Source: Mayamaea pseudoterrestris (lineage: Eukaryota). Taken from it: 64,000 nucleotides of DNA. This document shows positions 1-11,200 of the stretch, one piece after another. How positions within the stretch are numbered: the first letter of the stretch is position 1; the number at the start of each line of letters is the position of its first letter. Under the pieces are notes generated by a model, which was given only the letters and a program-made list of their open reading frames with translations, did no database searches and had not been told where the DNA came from. Made by a program: the position numbers and the translations under genes. Location: assembly GCA_027923505.1 (NCBI GenBank), contig BROI01000001.1:2852001-2916000 (forward strand). Direction: 5' to 3'.

Positions 1-2
1 AG

Positions 3-383
3 AATGACGAGATTGCAGACAATCTGGCATTCAACTACGAGCTTAACAAAATTGCAACACCACCGCTACATGTGCCGCATACTTGGGGAAGTGGATGGGC
101 GAGCAGCGTTGAACAGCTGCGTCAAGACAAGCAACTGGCTGCAAACGCTTTGCCTGACTCGTTTGACACTATACTGGCCAGTGACATTTTGCTGTACGTG
201 TCGGCCTATCCAGCATTGGTGCAGACGTTAGAGGAGCTCATTAAGCCAAACACGCGATTCATCATGAGCTGGAACCGCCGAATGAAGGAGAGCGACGAGT
301 TCTTTGAGCGCATGCGGCAGGCTGGCTTTCAAAGCCAGCATCTTGGGAGATGTGTGTTTGAATTCAAACGGCGGTGCACATAA
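3..383 (+). CDS. SAM-dependent protein-lysine methyltransferase, METTL21/family-16-like (5'-truncated by window edge)
   Basis: The frame is open from base 3 (NDEIADNLAFNYELN...). It contains the HTWG and 'FDTILASDILLY' (DxxY-type) motifs and ends '...RR..DEFFERMRQAGF', typical of Methyltransf_16. Confidence 0.75.
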   Translation, partial: NDEIADNLAFNYELNKIATPPLHVPHTWGSGWASSVEQLRQDKQLAANALPDSFDTILASDILLYVSAYPALVQTLEELIKPNTRFIMSWNRRMKESDEFFERMRQAGFQSQHLGRCVFEFKRRCT

Positions 384-458
384 ACTGAAAAATACTATGT
401 ATAGTAATCGAGAGCATGAAGATGTGATTGCAAAGCAGTTCCATTCGCGCCTTTTGCT

Positions 459-1847
459 TCATGAAAAGCATCGACTCGCCATATCAACTTTCAGCACTGG
501 CTGTCGAATGTTTGCATATTCCGCCTCAGCATCCCACACGTGAACCTCGCTCGGTAACCGGCGGAATCGCAATACTTCCGCTTCCAGCTCTTGAATGCGC
601 AACTGCGATCGATTCTCCGAATTACGCAAATCTCTAATCAATGTGTCCCTCTGAATAATTTCTGATTCCAGTCTGCCAATGTAATTGGCGGTTCTCCTCG
701 AAGTCACACTCAAATTGTTCATGCTCTCTTCCAAACGATTAAAGTCGTATTGAACATTGTCATATCGCGTCCTGGCCGAGATATTTTCTGCTTTCTGGAT
801 CAAAACGGTCTCCTTTGCGTAAGTCAATGCTTGTGCAAAAAGCTCGGTCAAGAATTTTGCGGAACCAATTTGCTGTAGCGCTACCAATGTAGACGGATCA
901 TTAATCTTCATTAGCTCCCAGTTCTGCGACAGGCTTTGTATACACCGTTGCTGCAAGTCAGTGATTATATCAGCTAAAGGATTGACGATTGTGCGCTCAA
1001 GACGCAACAGCGTCATAGCAGCATTCCAGTCAATTTCTGGGAGGTAGAAGCTCTCCGTGAGTTGCAAAAAGATTTTCGAGTCATCGACACATTGCTGATC
1101 AACATTTTGCTCTGCGTCCACCAGTTTCTTGACGTAAAAACTTTCTAGAACATGTGCAACGAGCCTGCTGACATGCGAGCTAGAATTAGCTTTCGTCTCG
1201 TCATTCAAGACCAAATCAGCAGTCTGCAAGATTACCAGCATAAATGGAGGATCGATAACGTTCATAATCTCAGACTCTGGTGAAAGCTTAAGTAGATTCA
1301 ACGATCCAAGAATCACTTGGACTCGCCGTAGAATGCGATTATCGTGAAAATCGCTAGCTTGCTGGTAGTATGTAGCACAATTTTCCAAATTTAGATCCTT
1401 CTCCCAAAACTTTCTGGCCTGGAAGCGAAGACGACGAATCCCAAAATATTGTCCCAAGTAGTGAAGAGCCGTAGCCGTGTTTTTTGTGCAGTCGAGTTTA
1501 GGTGCGCCATAAATGAAATCAAGGACAGCGGGAAAAGCATTGGCTGCTAGCTTGTTCAATGGAATGCGACTAACACCGCTCAATGTCTCGGAGAAAGCGC
1601 CTTGCAGCAAGCGAGCAAAGTACTCGCTCTTTCTAGGTCCGAGAGCAAGCATGCTCTTGTGGACGTGGTAAACGTGTATGCGCGGTTTATCATCGTGGTC
1701 CGTCAAATGTTTTGTTGATGAAGCAACCTCAATCTCGATGCGATAATCTGAATGAGATTCCACACGGTCGAGGCGCCAGAGATATTTTTCTGTTACCTCT
1801 TCGGAAGGAGGATCTTCGTCCGATTCGTACGTCAAAGTCATAGACAT
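459..1847 (-). CDS. BTB/POZ domain protein with C-terminal coiled coil
   Basis: 'SDYRIEI...YHVHKSMLALGPRKSEYFARL...F.E...AFPAVLDFIY' is a BTB fold of the type expanded in diatoms. Start placed at ATG 1847; the ORF is open to 1982, with an alternative ATG at 1937. Confidence 0.75.
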   Translation of the reverse strand: MSMTLTYESDEDPPSEEVTEKYLWRLDRVESHSDYRIEIEVASSTKHLTDHDDKPRIHVYHVHKSMLALGPRKSEYFARLLQGAFSETLSGVSRIPLNKLAANAFPAVLDFIYGAPKLDCTKNTATALHYLGQYFGIRRLRFQARKFWEKDLNLENCATYYQQASDFHDNRILRRVQVILGSLNLLKLSPESEIMNVIDPPFMLVILQTADLVLNDETKANSSSHVSRLVAHVLESFYVKKLVDAEQNVDQQCVDDSKIFLQLTESFYLPEIDWNAAMTLLRLERTIVNPLADIITDLQQRCIQSLSQNWELMKINDPSTLVALQQIGSAKFLTELFAQALTYAKETVLIQKAENISARTRYDNVQYDFNRLEESMNNLSVTSRRTANYIGRLESEIIQRDTLIRDLRNSENRSQLRIQELEAEVLRFRRLPSEVHVWDAEAEYANIRQPVLKVDMASRCFS

Positions 1848-2194
1848 GATGGTGTTTGCATGAACTGATGATGACCGAAGAAGTCGGCATTGTGAAGGTT
1901 GATATTGCGGCGAAAGAGCCTCGACTACCCGTATCATAGTTGGCGCCCCTCGACGAATTTGGTGACACTTTCCGTTGTGCAACTGGGAAAGAAAGTCTTT
2001 TCAGTCATTGTGCGACTTTTCATTATTTCACTTCACCCAAAGGAAGCTGACGTGTTCATCGACAAGGTTTGGAATTGTCGTCTTTTTGATGACGGGGAGA
2101 ACTTTTGGCTCTTCTAACAAACGAAGATCACAAAAGTGCGAGTAGCACTTAATATACTAGAGTATTCATTATTGGCAACTTCTCTGCGTCATAC

Positions 2195-3835
2195 ATGACG
2201 AGCGCCCTTGCACAACTGATGATGCATGTAACTGGCGATACCGACGCGTCGAATATCTTCAAGGCAACTGTGACAATATGCGTTTTGGGACTAGGATACT
2301 TTCTAAATGAACGTCGCAAGCGCGAGCCAAACAAGCCGTGGCCATTCCTTCCTGGCTGGCGTCCCATCATTGGACACGCCCACCTCGCTTTTCCTTTGAA
2401 AGAGATGAATAGCAAATGCGAGAAATTGGCTGAAAAGTATGCGCCAGATGGTTGCTACGAAATGGAATTACTTGGTCGCCGATACATTGTCATTACCTCG
2501 GAGGAGCGCGCCATGGAGATTTTTGAGCATCGACCGCACACCATTGTTCGCCCATTGCAGAGTCGAGCTTCGGCGCGATCTACTGGGAATTATGGGATTT
2601 TTCAGGCGGAAGGAGACGAGTGGAAGCAAGACCATAAGCTTGTTGTGCCGGCGTTAAACAAGGCCAACGTTAAGGACTACTTGACAACTTTCAGAGTCAT
2701 GGCGCATCGCCTGGTCAACGAGTGGGGTGAAGCTGCCGCAAAGGGGGAATGCGTCACGATCGGATCCGATCTGGTAAGGATCACCTCGGATTCTATTGCG
2801 AGTGCCTCCATGGGCTTGGATCTAAAGAGCGACTCGCGTTTGACCGAGGACGTCAAGACGCTCATGCGAGGGTTTGTACGCCGTGCCATGGCACCAGTTT
2901 GTTATTGGGATATTCCCATTATTGGACCGTATCTTGATAGCTATGGTGGAAGCATTCGCCGCACCACGGCGATGATTGACCACATTGTTGAGGAGTATGA
3001 AGCAAAAGGTGGCGACGAGTCAAAAAAGACGTTTTTGCAGAAGGTTTACTCGCTGATGCAGAAAGGTGAACGCATTCCAAAACAGCGTCTGGTGGGCAAT
3101 ATTGTGGGATTGTTTTTAGCGGGCACAGACTCTACCTCCAAGACGCTAGCGTCGGCATTTTATCTACTTGCCGATGACCAAGGTTTGCAAGCAACCTTGC
3201 GAGAAGAATCCGATTCAGTCAATCTAGAAAGTATGTCTCTTCACGATTTTTTTGTAAAGATTCCTCGCATCAAGTCGTTCATGCACGAAGTTCATCGTTG
3301 GTATAGCGTGCCAGGTAAGCACTTGATTTGCTTTTAATCTTGCGTTGATTGTTTACTGCATCTACGCTCATACGTCACTGATACTTTGCTTTTGGCAACA
3401 GCTCTTGGATTGACCTCTAACAAAGATATTCCATTCTTTGGTTCTACTTTGCCCAAGGGAGCTGACATAATGATAATGACTCGGGCAATATCATGGACGT
3501 CAAGCGATGTGCCCCGAGGACCAAACGATTCGCCTCCAAATACGTTTGACGTCGCTCGGTATCTCGTCACCGAAGAGGATGGCTTGTTGAGCTCCATCTT
3601 TCCAAACACGCGCCTTGGTGGCTTTCTTGGTTTTGGACATGGCGTGCGAGCCTGCCCTGGTCGAACCTACTCGGAGGCATTGTCGTACGTTGTGCTCGTT
3701 GCTGCCCTCCAGGCATTCACGTGGATGCTAGCACCTAACCATCCCAAAGCACGCTTTATTTTTGATGTAGTCATGACACCTGATTGTGATGTGCGTCTGC
3801 AATTAACCAAGCGCGACAACGGAACGATGAGTTAA
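2195..3835 (+). CDS. Cytochrome P450; exons 2195-3314 and 3402-3835
   Basis: N-terminal TM anchor and Pro-rich hinge (PGWRPIIGH), I-helix AGTDST, K-helix EVHR and heme motif FGHGVRACPG. An 87-nt GT-AG intron (3315-3401, CCAG|GTAAGC...CAACAG) joins the two ORFs in frame. Confidence 0.9.
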
Positions 3836-3913
3836 GCCGTTTGTACCTTTTGGCACATGCTTGCCTGTACGGCGTTACAAATAATATACAATCCGAAAGT
3901 CAACAACTGTGCA

Positions 3914-4774
3914 CTAATCAAGTTCGTCATTTAGCTTGCTCACGAGAGATTGTTTACGTCGTGCCTCAGCCTTTTCCTTTCTTTCCAGCTCATTCAATGC
4001 TGCTTTGATCTCGCCCTCGCCCACGTCAGCCATCTTTTCTCGCAGTAGCGTATTCTCTCTTGAACGGTTCAAACCAGCTTTGATATTTTCAACATTCGTC
4101 TTAAATTCATCTACGCCCAGCAAATCTCCTTCTCTGTCCGGATCCCAAGAAGCTGATAGTAGCGAATAGGTGATTCCAAGGAGACCGACAAAGAGTAGAA
4201 AGACAGTCGTTGTTGCAACTGCCGCTGGTTGAAACTCCATGTTCTTGTAAGTAGCAAAATACCAAAAACCGACAAAGGTTCCCATGGCAGCAAAGAGTGG
4301 AAGACCAACAAAGGGAAGCATGCGTCGACCCATGCGCTGAGCCACCTTTTCCGGAATAACGGCAGGAGTTTCCTTGGCGAGCTTGTCTTGCAGAAGTAAA
4401 TCGCGGACATTGCGAAGTTCATCTTCCTCCTGTTCAGCCTTTTGTCGACGCATACGTTCAAGTGCCGCTTGTCCGGCATTTAGTGGTGGCTGCTGCTGTT
4501 CATTGGGAATCACTCCAGTTCCTCGGGTCTGTAGTTTTGCTTGTTGTGATGCTAAGTTCCTTGCAGGAGTCGCAATCTCCGTTTCTGTTTCGAAATCAGA
4601 AGGCGATGAAGCCTTTTTCTTTGCTGGTTCCGCGCCAAAACCTTTACCAGATTCCATTAAGCGAAAAAGCTGTTCGCGTCTTGGCCTTGCGATTTGCGCT
4701 CCTGTTCGTATCGTAAAGGCATCGACCGACATGAAGGTTGGCAGCGCGAGGAGGGGCGCTATAGAGAATCTCAT
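3914..4774 (-). CDS. PAM68: PAM68-like thylakoid protein (DUF3464), PSII assembly
   Basis: 'IPEKVAQRMGRRM', two TM helices and 'GITYSLLSASWDPDREG.LLG..EF..N' match PAM68. The N-terminus is a signal peptide followed by 'DAF', a bipartite plastid presequence. Confidence 0.85.
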   Translation of the reverse strand: MRFSIAPLLALPTFMSVDAFTIRTGAQIARPRREQLFRLMESGKGFGAEPAKKKASSPSDFETETEIATPARNLASQQAKLQTRGTGVIPNEQQQPPLNAGQAALERMRRQKAEQEEDELRNVRDLLLQDKLAKETPAVIPEKVAQRMGRRMLPFVGLPLFAAMGTFVGFWYFATYKNMEFQPAAVATTTVFLLFVGLLGITYSLLSASWDPDREGDLLGVDEFKTNVENIKAGLNRSRENTLLREKMADVGEGEIKAALNELERKEKAEARRKQSLVSKLNDELD

Positions 4775-5531
4775 TTCTAATTATAAGCTATCGATTGCGA
4801 GATGAACTTGTTAAGCCTCGACAAAATTGATGAGGGGAACTTTATCACAAAGCAGGCTCATCAGCATTATTTGCTCAAGAATAAGCAGTCTCGAATCATG
4901 TTGAAGTGATGGACCCCGCGACGAAGATCCTGTCACATCAGTACCGCTACGATGTAAGCTACTCTTCCTTTGGTAATTGATTGTGTGGATGCTCTAAACT
5001 TGGAAAGGCAATGAAGACAACGTGTCCATCTATTCTTTATGACTTTAAGAAACCGTGTGCCAAAGCATTCGAGTACAAGCAGAGGACAGAAAGACCAGCG
5101 GGCCTCACGATCTTTGCATCGCTGAGTCTAGCGGACAGCCTTACGTAAAGTGTGTGGGACAAGGCTTTGCTTTGACCCATTGCCAAGCCGAGAAGATGCA
5201 TCATGGTCGTGGTGTTCCGATCACTTATATGATTGAATACTTGTGTTCTGCCAGACTAAGCATACACGGAGGTTATGGCATACATTGCGGCGTGACAGTC
5301 ATAATAACTAAATGATTTACTTCGTAGCAATTAACTATCAGCGCAGCGGCCTGTGTGGCTTTCTTGTCGCTCCCGCCGTCAGTGCAGCCGAAATTGCTCG
5401 ATGCATGGGTTGACCGCGTCCGGAAATCATATCCTATCATCAGTTTCCTTACTATTATTGTACTGTCTTAAGCTACTGTTTTACATATATTATATTTGAT
5501 GTCTTCGTAGTGCCTTGTGTTAGTGTTGGGC

Positions 5532-8016
5532 TTAATTCGCGGCCGCGGCAAGCTCTTCCTCCTCAACTTCCTCCTCCTTGTCGACCCACATGCCATACTC
5601 CTTGATCAGATTTACCAGTTCATCGACAGCACCATCATTTGGAACGCTTTTCTTTACAACTTCCTTGCCCTTGTACAGGTCGACCTTGCCAGGAATCGTG
5701 CCGACATATCCAAAATCAGCATCGGCCATCTCACCTGGACCATTGACGATGCAGCCCATGACCGCAACTGTCACGCCGGGCAAATGACCTGTGGCAGCTG
5801 TGATCTTGGCGGTTGTTTCCTGCAGATCGAAGAGCGTTCGTCCGCATGAGGGACAGGATACAAATTCCGTTTTCGTATTGCGCATGCGACTTCCTTGAAG
5901 CAATGAAAAGGATGTTCGACGCAAGAAATCGACGCTAAAATTCATGTCGCCTGTTTGTTCAATTAGAATGCCGTCGCCATTTCCATCGGTTAGCAGTGAA
6001 CCCACTTTGGTTCCTAGCTGTAGTGCCAACTCGGCAGAGTCATTAGTCTCCGTTGTGATGTGATGAATGACAGAAGTCTTAATTTCGTTCTTTTTGAAAA
6101 GTTCAAACACACGTCGAGAAGCATGTAGATGTGATAAATGCTCACTTGGTTTCAACACGGCAAAAGCAGGGCTCAGCTCCTTGATTTTGGCAAGTGTTGC
6201 GTCATCCTCATCGCCGTTAATCGTCACAGCCAGTCGAATCGCTCCTTCTGGAAGCTGCCCATTGTTTGCGACAGCAGCTTCAAGGCTTGTCAATGCAATC
6301 GCGTTCGGTAACGGATCCTTTTCCAATTCTTCGGCGGGTACAATGACTCCCATGTTTACGTCAATAAGACGCCGGATATGTTTGCGCGCCTCCACATCCG
6401 AGCTCGGCGGAATGGTTCGCAGCAGAATAGAATCGCTTGTGGCAATATCCTTAAATGGCATGCCGACAGCCGTTTTGCAACCCAGATCTTGATACAAGTA
6501 TTGGGCGCTTTCCTTGGTGAACATGCGCGGATCCACGCAACTAATGACCGAGCCTTGTGCATTCAAAAATCCGCTAACATCCACCGCATCACCATCCCTT
6601 TTAGCCGGTAGTTCTCCCTGTCGTCGGGCGAACGATGTAATGTCACGCGTGTCAACATATTGCCTGACAGCTTTTTGTCGAGCTGCTGCCTCTGGACTGA
6701 CAGCGGCGACGCGCGTCTGTGCAATTTCCGCCAATCGGTTGCACGGCTCATACTCGAACTCAGGGTCTTCCGTCAATGAGACACGGATGGTATCACCCAG
6801 GCCATCCGCCAGCAATGTGCCAATGCCGATGGCACTCTTCATGCGGCCATCCTCTCCTTCACCGGCTTCGGTGACGCCCAAGTGCAGTGGGTAGTCCCAT
6901 CCCATGCGATACATTTCCGCCGCAAGCAATCGATATGACTGCACCATGACCAGCGGATTACTCGCCTTCATACTAAAAACAAAGTTGTGAAAGTCGAGCG
7001 AGCGACAAATATCTGCAAATTCCAGCGCCGACTCAACCATCCCGCGTGGTGTGTCTCCGTAGTAAGATAGTACCCGCGACGACAACGAGCCATGGTTTGT
7101 CCCAATGCGCATGCACCGACCCAAGTCTTTGCATTTTTCTACAAGTGGCTGCAAAGCTTCCACTAAAAACTCACGATCCTTGTGATAATCTTCCTCTGTC
7201 TCGTATACCTTGTTATCAAAGTCTTTCGTGCCATCAATAAAGTTACCAGGATTGATGCGAATCTTTTCAACCGCTTCGGCGACTGCCATGGCAACTTTTG
7301 GTTGGAAATGCATGTCGGCGCAGAGTGGAATATCGTACCCCTTTTTGAACAAGCCCTCGCGAATCTTGAGGCAGGCGTTTGCCTCTCTACGTCCCTGAAC
7401 TGTCACGCGCACCAAGTCAAACCCCTTGTCGGCGCATCGCATGACTTGCTCAATCGTTGCATCAACATCGGCAGTATTCGTAGTTCCCATGGTTTGTCGA
7501 ACAATCGGATGATCAGATCCAAACTTAACCGGTCCGCAAGTGACGGTGCGTGTTGGTCGTCGTTTGACGGAATACAAATCTTCACAGTACTTGCCAAGGG
7601 GACCAAATTGCTCGTCTCGTGCTCCAGTCTTGATGGAAGGCGTCCACAAAACATCTTGCGCTGTAAGAATTGTTGACTAAAGTGCATTTTGCAGTGATGG
7701 CAACGGATAAGGTAAGGCGATGGGTGAGATTCACAAGTTCCAAAAAAGTGCATGAAAAATGAACTCCAAACTATAATCGCTGGTCGTTAACATCTGTCTC
7801 TCATGAAATTCATGAACAGATATCTTAGATAGGCCAGGACAATGATGGAGAAAATCAAACAATTGCATTTGTCGTTCAACAATTGCAATTTCGATCAATC
7901 AAGACATCAAACGTCAAGCTCACCTTCAACAAAGTCCCTGTATGCGCCCGTTTGCCAGGCGCAAATGCCTCCACCGATCCCACAAGAGAAAGCACTACGG
8001 CAAGCGAGAACTTCAT
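5532..8016 (-). CDS. ispG: (E)-4-hydroxy-3-methylbut-2-enyl diphosphate synthase (HDS/GcpE), plastid; exons 8016-7924 and 7676-5532
   Basis: Motifs ADMHF, KIRINPGN, RIGTNHGSL, YPLHLGVTEAG, GDTIRVSLT and Fe-S ligands SCPSCGR / MGCIVNGPGE. Exon 1 (missed by the ORF track) encodes MKFSLAVVLSLVGSVEAFAP..., and a phase-0 intron 7923-7677 (AAG|GTGAGC...TTTAG) restores the frame. Confidence 0.95.
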
Positions 8017-8268
8017 GGTGATATAAGGCTAATCTAACGGCGGTAGTAGGAAGGTCGATACTACTTGTCGATGGCCGCCATTGAGAAACGCGACATCGCA
8101 TCCGTCACTTTCGAACTTCAAGAAAAGCGTCGGTCCATCGTGCGTTTCATTCACGAACGGACGATCAATCCAGTCGCGTCTGCAGGGAACTGTTGGTGCA
8201 GTATGGTATACTTCAGTTGTTCAGCTACCAATGGACAATATCTTCTACAAACTATATATTTATACATA

Positions 8269-11200
8269 TCAATCATCCAAAGGAAACATTAGCTGAATAG
8301 CGGCTTGCTTTCCGCGAAGGCGTCCACGCATGCGAGGAGTGTCCACTGCAAGTTCGTTCAACGCGACTAATGAAGCGTCGTCTGCAGTGGTTGTTATGTT
8401 TCCCTCGAGTCGCGGGCGAATTGCTTCAATGGCATCACCATGCTCGCCATTCAATTCTCCTTCCTCCTTTTTCAACACTGCAAGCTCGACACGCTCGGAA
8501 GCTCCTCGCTCAAGCTTCAATTTCGACACGAGCTGAGAAACCGGAAGGAGGTCGTCGGCCTCAAACTGTGCCTTGGCAGCTTTCGCTCTCTTTTTGCTGC
8601 CAGATAGAGGAGCGGGTGGCTTTTTCGGCGACGGTCCTAAGCTTCTGCGAGGTCGAGAAGATGCAGAATTTGAATTGAGAACAAACGCCCGGTCGTCAAC
8701 GGCTAATTGCTCCAAAATTGATTTACGCTTCCGCCTTGTTTTCGGTGTCGGCAGGTCACTGCCGGAGAGAGAAAACGAACTTCCTTCCGCAGAAAGCTCG
8801 GCAGCTGTCGCTGATGCCTCGGCGTGATCGTTACCAAGCACAACCAGTCCGTTTGGTGCTGGTAAGCAATCCTCTACAACTGAATTTGCCTTTCGTTCGC
8901 TCGTGCCTGTTTCGATTGTCGGACAAGGTTTTCGTTCCGTCGCTGGAATGTCAGATTGACTAGGAATAGCAGCGCCTTCTTTTGGAATCAACTGGCAGAC
9001 TTTACCTCTCCATGGCGAACTCAACCATCCATAATATTTATTTACAACAGATGCTGCTCCGTTTAAATGTGTTTCACGTTGTTCAATACCGCCCACAGGT
9101 TCAGGTGGACTACGTTCGTCGGGATCAAGAGATGCTTCAGTTGCCAGGGAATCAGGTACTGAGGAATTCATTCTTTTGAGGTTGTGGCTGGTAGCCTCTG
9201 TGCTTGCTATGCTTTCGTGTCCATCATTACCGGCTCGCGGCATATTATTGTTATGAAAAACAGGAGGAGCTTTTGCGGCTAAATCGCAATTGGCCAAACT
9301 AATCGATGACAACTTTTCTTTCGCACCCCTTCCAGATCCAGGGAGTGCATATGCAACTGCATCAGTATCAGCCAAGCTATATGGTGCACTCATGGCTTTC
9401 GGGTGTATGGCGCCCTCGACGCAATTTTTTCCGCCATCGCCGGCAGAGACTGGTATAGTACCTTCGTCAGTACCGCGACAAACATCCAAATTGCTCAAAG
9501 TACGTGCTTTTTGAGCGTGTTTCGTACGGTCAACGGCCTTTAACGAGGTAATTTCTCCTCCAATTGCGGAAGTAGTGTCATTGATAACGCCATGCGGCGC
9601 AACTCCAGAAGAAATAAGATCATCTAATCTCGCCAAAACGCTCAAGCTTTCCGCTTCTTCGACTCTTTTCTCATTTGCTGCAAGATTTGCAAGAACCGAC
9701 AAGGGAGTATCATCAGTGGACGCGTACGTGTCCTTGCATCTTGCGTTCTTCGTCACTGGCGGCAACAGCCTTCTCACAAATTTGAGGTTGTATTTTGTCA
9801 TTATTAATGGGTAAATGACTTCGTTCGCCTGCTCCTCAATAGCGGGAAGTGCATTGTGCTCTTGATCGCTCTTTCTGACCGGGTCGAAACATGCAACCGC
9901 AGCTGGCACAGACTTACGCGCAGGAGAACTATCAAATTCGTCCGACATTTGACTTATAGCGTCATTTGTGCGTTTGCCGCGGCGTCTCGGTAAATCTTCT
10001 GCCTTTTCGTCATACGAAGGTCCGATGAAGGAATTGCGAGGTTCAGCTGCATTACTTTCCCGCTCCGCCGCAACTTTTCTGGCATATCTTTCAAAATCAC
10101 TTTCCTTTTGAACTCTGTCCAAGCTATCAGCCGAGACAAACGTAGCTCTTTCAACACTGTCTTCAAATGACTGTCGCTGACTACGTCGCTTCCGGCGTAA
10201 TGGATCAATGGCAGCAGTGTTGGAGGATGTGTGATTGTCTTTGTAGCCTCTCGGTCGTTTACTCGTATTTGCACACTGCCGCAAAGATTCGGGCGATTTA
10301 TTCTTTCTCGGTCGACCTAACTTATGCGTTCTTGCATCGACGCCCTGTTGCGGAGTGGTATCTTTAGAAAGCTCGTTTCGCAAAAAGTCATCGGCTTCTA
10401 CCACCGCGTCATCTGATTTACCAGGAAGGGTTCTGTCGCCAAGCTCAAATTTCGGCGAACCATCTTCAAAGTGATAGCTGAAAGAGCCCTTCATAGCCAA
10501 ACTTTTTTCTGACGTGTAAGGCTTTCGCATTTCGATCTTGTCAGAACCAAGACCCATCGCCGTAGATTTCGACCAATAAGCCAGCGAAAGCCATTGAATG
10601 TAAAAGTCCATTTCAAAATCATGCAAAGGACCCACCAGACTTGTTGTTTCCAGTATGCGGCGCAAAGCTCGTTCAAAAGAATCACGGTCATAATCGGAAC
10701 CATCCTCATTATCATAGTTTCGATTCCGCAAAGCAGCTCCAAATGCTGCAAGCCGACACCGTCGAGCATCAAGACATCGACTCATGCGCGTGCTATTTAC
10801 AATTTTCAGTTCCTCTTTCGACAGATCTTCTTCATTCTGCCCATCTTCTACCAAAACCTCCCAAGTTGAGTCGTAATCAACCCAAAATTCTGCCCATCGC
10901 CAAGCCCAACTAAGCATGCGCATGACGGGGATTGCTAAATGCATAAGCTTGGTTGCATGGGCGAATTTCATCGGCTGTTCTGTTCTGGTTAGTGACGGAC
11001 CGGCCCGATCCTTTTCGAGCTCAATAAGATCTTCAAGTTTTGCGCGAAGATTGAACTCATTGCCGCCATGCCGGTAGCATTTTACTGGTAGAAACAAAGA
11101 GTTAGACTAATGAAGGCAACACTCCCTTCCAACTGCAAGTCTGCGTACCGTAAGGGCGATCTAAACCATCATCGGTGGAGTTAACTTCCAAACCGGCTTG

